A DNA stretch of 64,000 nucleotides from a virus. Taxonomy: Duplodnaviria; Heunggongvirae; Uroviricota; Caudoviricetes. The notes beneath the pieces were generated by a model. That model was not told the origin of the DNA. It saw only the letters and a list, made by a program, of their open reading frames with translations, and did not search any database. The DNA lies in the IMG/VR virus record IMGVR_UViG_3300034019_002140; one strand, written 5' to 3'. This document shows positions 60,076 to 64,000 of the stretch, in pieces (the first letter of the stretch is position 1; every line of letters starts with the position of its first letter). A program made the translations under genes and the position numbers.

Positions 60076-60099
60076 GGGGAACTATGTTCCCCTTTTTTT
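60076..60099 (+). terminator. Rho-independent terminator.
   Basis: GGGGAACtatGTTCCCC followed by TTTTTTTA. A GACC-GAAA-GGTC hairpin lies immediately upstream. Confidence 0.6.
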
Positions 60100-60568
60100 A
60101 TTGAATTTCTGTTTGAAAACCTGTGTCTTCAAAAATTATACCCTCAATATCTCTCAGGATACTATCAATAAAATCTTCTACATTAGACCATTCAGACATA
60201 TCGGCATCATCAAGTAAATCATCAATAGTTCTCGGATTTCCTTTTTCATCGAGAATTTTTGTTGGACCCCAAACAACTGTAAGATAAATTATATTGTTCT
60301 CGAAATCAATCTTCATTTTTTTGATTTCAACACAAACGTTACCTCCTGAGGGGTATTCAGTCAAATCGTAACACAACATATTGTTCCTAAGAATCTTTGA
60401 AAAGGTTTTGTTCACGAATTCCTTTGCCTTCTCTTCACCAAACTCAGAATGTAAATCTTTTAAAAAATTGCCGATTTCATAACCACAAATCTTCGCAACA
60501 CTCAACGTCTTATCTGAAGGATAAGTTGTTTTGGCTAAACAGTTCAAAAAAATTTCGAGTTCTGACAT
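60098..60568 (-). CDS. Hypothetical protein on the minus strand.
   Basis: ORF. Confidence 0.4.
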   Translation of the reverse strand: MSELEIFLNCLAKTTYPSDKTLSVAKICGYEIGNFLKDLHSEFGEEKAKEFVNKTFSKILRNNMLCYDLTEYPSGGNVCVEIKKMKIDFENNIIYLTVVWGPTKILDEKGNPRTIDDLLDDADMSEWSNVEDFIDSILRDIEGIIFEDTGFQTEIQ

Positions 60569-60600
60569 TTGTGGTATTTATATTAAATATTTGTTCAGTA

Positions 60601-60849
60601 ATGAATTATTTAATTTCCGAATCACAATTAGAATCATTAGTATCGGCACAACAACCTGTACCTGTAATGTCATTCAGGTCTGCACTGAAAAAGATTGTAG
60701 ATGTCTTGAAAAAAGATGATTATGAACCAGAACAAATAATGGATTTTATCCTTGGACTAAGATATAAAGATGAGTTTGTTATCAGAAAGGTTCAAAAGTA
60801 CAAGGACGACCCTGAGTTTCTCACTGCGGTTTCCAAAATTATTGGATAA
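60601..60849 (+). CDS. Small hypothetical protein.
   Basis: The start is taken at MNYLISESQ so that the gene does not overlap the minus-strand gene. The ORF-track start is 60397. Confidence 0.3.
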   Translation: MNYLISESQLESLVSAQQPVPVMSFRSALKKIVDVLKKDDYEPEQIMDFILGLRYKDEFVIRKVQKYKDDPEFLTAVSKIIG

Positions 60850-61714
60850 ACTCATCTATATTTTTAGGTGAACTATCGAAACCGTAATATCTGATTTCGA
60901 ACTGAGGACTGAGTAAAATTTGTTTTTCCTCATCGAATTCATTACAGTAAACAACGCCTTCTTCTATCTCTTCTAAAAATTCTATATCTAAATCACCCCA
61001 TTCTCTATAATTGAGAGTTATTATATTCGGGTTGTTTTCGATGTTTTCCCTTGCTCCGACAGGTTCGGGTCTCCCGACATTTAATTCACAAAGATTCTTT
61101 AGATTTTTATCCCAAGAACAAATGAATATAAGCTCGATAGATGAATCCGTACCTTCTAACTCGCCATCGGCATTACAGTTATGACAATCAAGTCGGGATT
61201 CACCGTCACAACGACTACAATTGACTGTACCTCCGCCATCACATTCCTCGCAATCAACTTCTCCACTTCCGTCACACATGTCACAAGAAACCTTTTCACC
61301 TGCGTCACCTTCTATTTTACCTTCCCCATCACAATCACTACAAATTACTTGACCACTACCATCACACTCCGAACACGACTCGTTACCACTTCCGTCACAT
61401 TCTGAGCATTCAAATCTTCCTTCACCATAACAATCACCACACTCCTCAACATATTGTGAACCTGTTTTCCAAAAGAGAGATGCGAAGAAAAGATTTTCCA
61501 AAGCGAAATCGGCGAATTCGAAATTTCCCTTTTTTTTCAAGGACAAGATATAAAAATAAAATTTCAAAAACTCCTGAGGAGTAAAACTAGAAAAATATAT
61601 TGCTTGTTTTTTTGCGACCTTTTTCAACACATTAAAAATGTCATTGTTATGTTCAACGTTACGGAACATTCCGATAAGTTGCTGTGCCAACCTTTTCAAC
61701 CTTTCATCTGTCAT
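60839..61714 (-). CDS. Protein with ~9 tandem DnaJ-CR-type CxxCxGxG zinc-finger repeats.
   Basis: CGDCYGEG, CSECDGSG, CSECDGSG, CSDCDGEG, CDMCDGSG, CEECDGGG, CSRCDGES and CHNCNADG lie within ~110 aa. Confidence 0.5.
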   Translation of the reverse strand: MTDERLKRLAQQLIGMFRNVEHNNDIFNVLKKVAKKQAIYFSSFTPQEFLKFYFYILSLKKKGNFEFADFALENLFFASLFWKTGSQYVEECGDCYGEGRFECSECDGSGNESCSECDGSGQVICSDCDGEGKIEGDAGEKVSCDMCDGSGEVDCEECDGGGTVNCSRCDGESRLDCHNCNADGELEGTDSSIELIFICSWDKNLKNLCELNVGRPEPVGARENIENNPNIITLNYREWGDLDIEFLEEIEEGVVYCNEFDEEKQILLSPQFEIRYYGFDSSPKNIDEFIQ

Positions 61715-61746
61715 GGGAAAAGTTTTTTTTATAAATAGGTTTTTTT

Positions 61747-62208
61747 TTGAAAATAAATCAACTATTTTTTTTTTATAAAACTTTTTATATGGGTATTACG
61801 GTCACACTTACAGAAAATGAAATCTTGGGTAATCCCAATGATTTTGATTTGGGCGAATTGGCTCGAAACAAATATTGGCAAGAAAGAAGAAATCAGGAAG
61901 GTCCACCTGTGGATGATGAACATTTTTTCTTGAATATCGGAGATGATGGTTTGGTTAAATCTATCGGAAGACCATGGACTTGCTCAATTTGTGGAGAAAA
62001 AACTGATAAAGTGGATTATGATTATCTTGTTGGTTGGGACCATTTGAGTTGCAGATTGAAGTCTGAAATGAGTGATGAGAAAGATAAATGTGTAATCTGT
62101 GGAAAAGAATCACCCTATACTAAAAGTACTCATATCGATATGAGAATCGGTTATGTTGAAGGAGGTGGACAAGGTTGTTTTCAACCAAATCAATGCGATA
62201 AAGTATGA
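61747..62208 (+). CDS. Zinc-finger-containing hypothetical protein.
   Basis: CSICGEK...C and CVICGKE pairs. The true start may be the Met at 61789 (MGITV). Confidence 0.4.
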   Translation: MKINQLFFFYKTFYMGITVTLTENEILGNPNDFDLGELARNKYWQERRNQEGPPVDDEHFFLNIGDDGLVKSIGRPWTCSICGEKTDKVDYDYLVGWDHLSCRLKSEMSDEKDKCVICGKESPYTKSTHIDMRIGYVEGGGQGCFQPNQCDKV

Positions 62209-62337
62209 TTGAAACCTTTGACCATGAATTGATTTCTTTGAGTGGTTCCACAACTTTATCTTATACGGAGTGGCATATAAACAGGGACAACATGGCTAGA
62301 GACCAAAGAAATCTCGAAGTTCATAATATTAAAAAAG

Positions 62338-62862
62338 ATGATTGAGGTTTTTGATGAGTTTCTCACCCCTGAGGAAATAACTGAGTTGTTCAAAACTCTA
62401 AGGGAGAGTTCTTGGATTTTGGAAGAAAAGGTCCCTTATCTTTCCGAAGTTCAATTAGAGGGAGGTGCTGATATTGGTTATATAAAAGAGATACCTGAGA
62501 ACACCATATATTGGAAGATTTTGGGTCGATTACATTCTTTACCAATAATATCAGGAAAATACAAATTCTTTTCAGCATTCCGAAATGCATACAAGAGAGG
62601 AGATGTTACAGCTCTCCATACAGATGAGTCAGATATCACAGCACTTTTATATGGTAATCCCAAATGGAACATAAATTGGGGTTCGGAAACCATTTTTACT
62701 GAAAGTTTATCACCTGATACAGAGATAATTGCGAGCATAATACCCAAACCTGGTAGGTTGGTAATTTTCGATTCTTCTATCCCACATTCAGGTAGACCAC
62801 CAAGTTCAAGTTTTGCAAACCACAGATATTCAGTGGCTTATAACTTCAAAAAAATAATTTAA
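62338..62862 (+). CDS. 2OG-Fe(II) oxygenase superfamily protein, a possible prolyl 4-hydroxylase-like enzyme.
   Basis: HxD...H...RxS facial-triad pattern: ALHTDESD, SIPHSG, HRYSVAYNF. Size ~174 aa, like small viral/bacterial P4Hs. Confidence 0.5.
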   Translation: MIEVFDEFLTPEEITELFKTLRESSWILEEKVPYLSEVQLEGGADIGYIKEIPENTIYWKILGRLHSLPIISGKYKFFSAFRNAYKRGDVTALHTDESDITALLYGNPKWNINWGSETIFTESLSPDTEIIASIIPKPGRLVIFDSSIPHSGRPPSSSFANHRYSVAYNFKKII

Positions 62863-62891
62863 AAAAAATTTGTTGGTTTGATGGAATAGTC

Positions 62892-62899
62892 TATCTTTG
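62892..62899 (+). promoter_or_regulatory. -7 promoter motif TATCTTTG upstream of gene 62920.
   Basis: GTCTATCTTTGTGTAACAAAACACAAACATCATG, nearly identical in layout to the promoter at 63653. Confidence 0.4.
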
Positions 62900-62919
62900 T
62901 GTAACAAAACACAAACATC

Positions 62920-63390
62920 ATGACAAACACCACAACCATCCCCGTAGTTAAAGTATCTAACGATTCAATGGCAGGAGACGTATTCTACGGTTCCTTCAAC
63001 ACCACTGTAAAAGGTAAACGTATCACAGTCGGAGTTTCCAATCACATCAAAGACGTAAACAAAACCTATAAGTTCCGTTCAGCTGCTAAATGTAAAGCTG
63101 GTTTCGTGAACATCAGCGATTTCGAAGACACCCCTCAAGGTGCTATCTGTTCTTGGGTAAAAAACGCACTTGTCAACCTTCAAGTTTTGGTTGAGTTCGA
63201 TGGTGGTGTAACACAATGGCACAACGTCTATACCACGAAGGGTGGCGTATGGTACCACATCGACCGTGGACTTCTTGAAGTGTTGACCGTTGGAGCGATG
63301 CGTGAGTCATTCCCCAATATGTGTGACATGAGCCTTTGGGAAATGGTTGGAGCTAAGACTTGGGCAGACAAAGCATTCACTAATCAATAA
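62920..63390 (+). CDS. Hypothetical protein, paralogous at the N-terminus to the gene at 63682.
   Basis: MTNTTTIPVVKVSND compared with MTTTTTISVQDKVRN. The promoter/leader sequences are also duplicated. Confidence 0.4.
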   Translation: MTNTTTIPVVKVSNDSMAGDVFYGSFNTTVKGKRITVGVSNHIKDVNKTYKFRSAAKCKAGFVNISDFEDTPQGAICSWVKNALVNLQVLVEFDGGVTQWHNVYTTKGGVWYHIDRGLLEVLTVGAMRESFPNMCDMSLWEMVGAKTWADKAFTNQ

Positions 63391-63440
63391 TAGCTGACGG
63401 AAGGGGGTTATTCCCCCTTCCACTATGCGAAACAAATCTC

Positions 63441-63626
63441 ATGCGAAACAAAAAAAATAAAACCAGCACTTTGAGTCCGAAACACAAGATGTTCCTCGAG
63501 CTATTGGAGAACCGTATCAAAGAGATTCACGGGGAAAAAAAGGTTGAGGATGTTCGAAAGGAGGTGGGGTACCCTAAGTGTGATGAGGGGGATTATTATT
63601 TTGCTCTTCTAAAATTTTTGAAATAA
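63441..63626 (+). CDS. Small hypothetical protein.
   Basis: ORF. Confidence 0.3.
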   Translation: MRNKKNKTSTLSPKHKMFLELLENRIKEIHGEKKVEDVRKEVGYPKCDEGDYYFALLKFLK

Positions 63627-63652
63627 TTTTTTGTTGGTAACAAATATATCCC

Positions 63653-63660
63653 TATCTTTG
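63653..63660 (+). promoter_or_regulatory. -7 promoter motif TATCTTTG upstream of gene 63682.
   Basis: CCCTATCTTTGTATTCGCAAAACACAACACATATG. Confidence 0.4.
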
Positions 63661-63681
63661 TATTCGCAAAACACAACACAT

Positions 63682-64000
63682 ATGACAACCACTACCACAA
63701 TCTCCGTCCAAGACAAAGTTCGTAACTACCAAGGTCAAAACCGTTTTATTCTGAACATGAAAGACGCCCTCAACAAGTGGGGAGGACTTACCCCAAAACA
63801 ACGCGAAGCCGCTGAAAAGGCTTTGAACTCTGAGGTGAAGGTTATCGATAAGGAAAACCTTCCTGAAAACATTAAACGTATTGTCGAGTACAAGGGTGAT
63901 AACACCTTTGTTAAAGACATCGCTTCCAAGTTCGAGAAATACGGTACTCTCACTTCTAAGCAAATCTCTGCGGCTGTTACGCAGATTCAAAAAGAGGAAG
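63682..64000 (+). CDS. 3'-truncated hypothetical protein, paralogue of the gene at 62920.
   Basis: ORF starts MTTTTTISVQDKVRNYQGQNRF and runs to the window end. Confidence 0.4.
   Translation, partial: MTTTTTISVQDKVRNYQGQNRFILNMKDALNKWGGLTPKQREAAEKALNSEVKVIDKENLPENIKRIVEYKGDNTFVKDIASKFEKYGTLTSKQISAAVTQIQKEE

Noticed and set aside
1-64000. CRISPR arrays, integrase/transposase genes, and rRNA.
   Set aside because: No regularly spaced direct repeats with unique spacers were seen. The only repeat arrays are coding (collagen, PT linkers, the KEVPVEKVV gene). No tyrosine- or serine-recombinase or DDE-transposase motifs, and no rRNA-like conserved stretches, were recognised.

Overview
This window reads as part of a large, AT-rich dsDNA phage genome whose host is most likely a Bacteroidetes (Flavobacteriia-type) bacterium. 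Three lines of evidence point to that host. The Bacteroidetes sigma-A -7 promoter motif TAnnTTTG recurs 5-25 nt upstream of many start codons. A structural protein carries SprB-type repeats. A Bacteroidetes-style histone-H1-like protein is encoded. Genes are tightly packed and mostly on the + strand. Contents from left to right: (1) a structural block of very large Cys-rich modular proteins joined by Pro/Thr linkers (2-7894; the first gene is truncated at the window edge, and one protein carries SprB repeats). (2) An early/replication block at 7950-34079: RuvC-like resolvase, Zn-finger/Toprim primase, PD-(D/E)XK nuclease, SbcD- and SbcC-like pair, a gamma-class N6A methyltransferase, a sigma-70 factor, an amidase-like/membrane cluster, a histone-H1-like protein, a full DnaJ, a Dam-like methyltransferase, an LRR protein, thioredoxin and glutaredoxin. 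(3) Three tandem, translationally coupled collagen-like fibre genes (each ~1000 aa) at 34879-44131, built from G-X-Y repeats and each ending in a peptidase-S74-type intramolecular-chaperone domain. (4) A minus-strand block containing two HExxH proteins. (5) A cluster that looks like a PAPS/sulfation module at 49813-55405: sulfotransferase, APS kinase, a small HxGH nucleotidyltransferase, a beta-class DNA methyltransferase, a DHH phosphoesterase that may act as a pAp phosphatase, and a Nudix hydrolase. (6) A 1.5-kb GC-rich island with no credible protein-coding ORF, two promoter motifs, a tRNA-like element with anticodon CAT, and a strong terminator. (7) Further small genes, including a protein with multiple CxxCxGxG repeats and a 2OG-Fe(II) oxygenase that could act as a collagen prolyl hydroxylase. 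All functional calls come from motifs read by eye. No database search was run.
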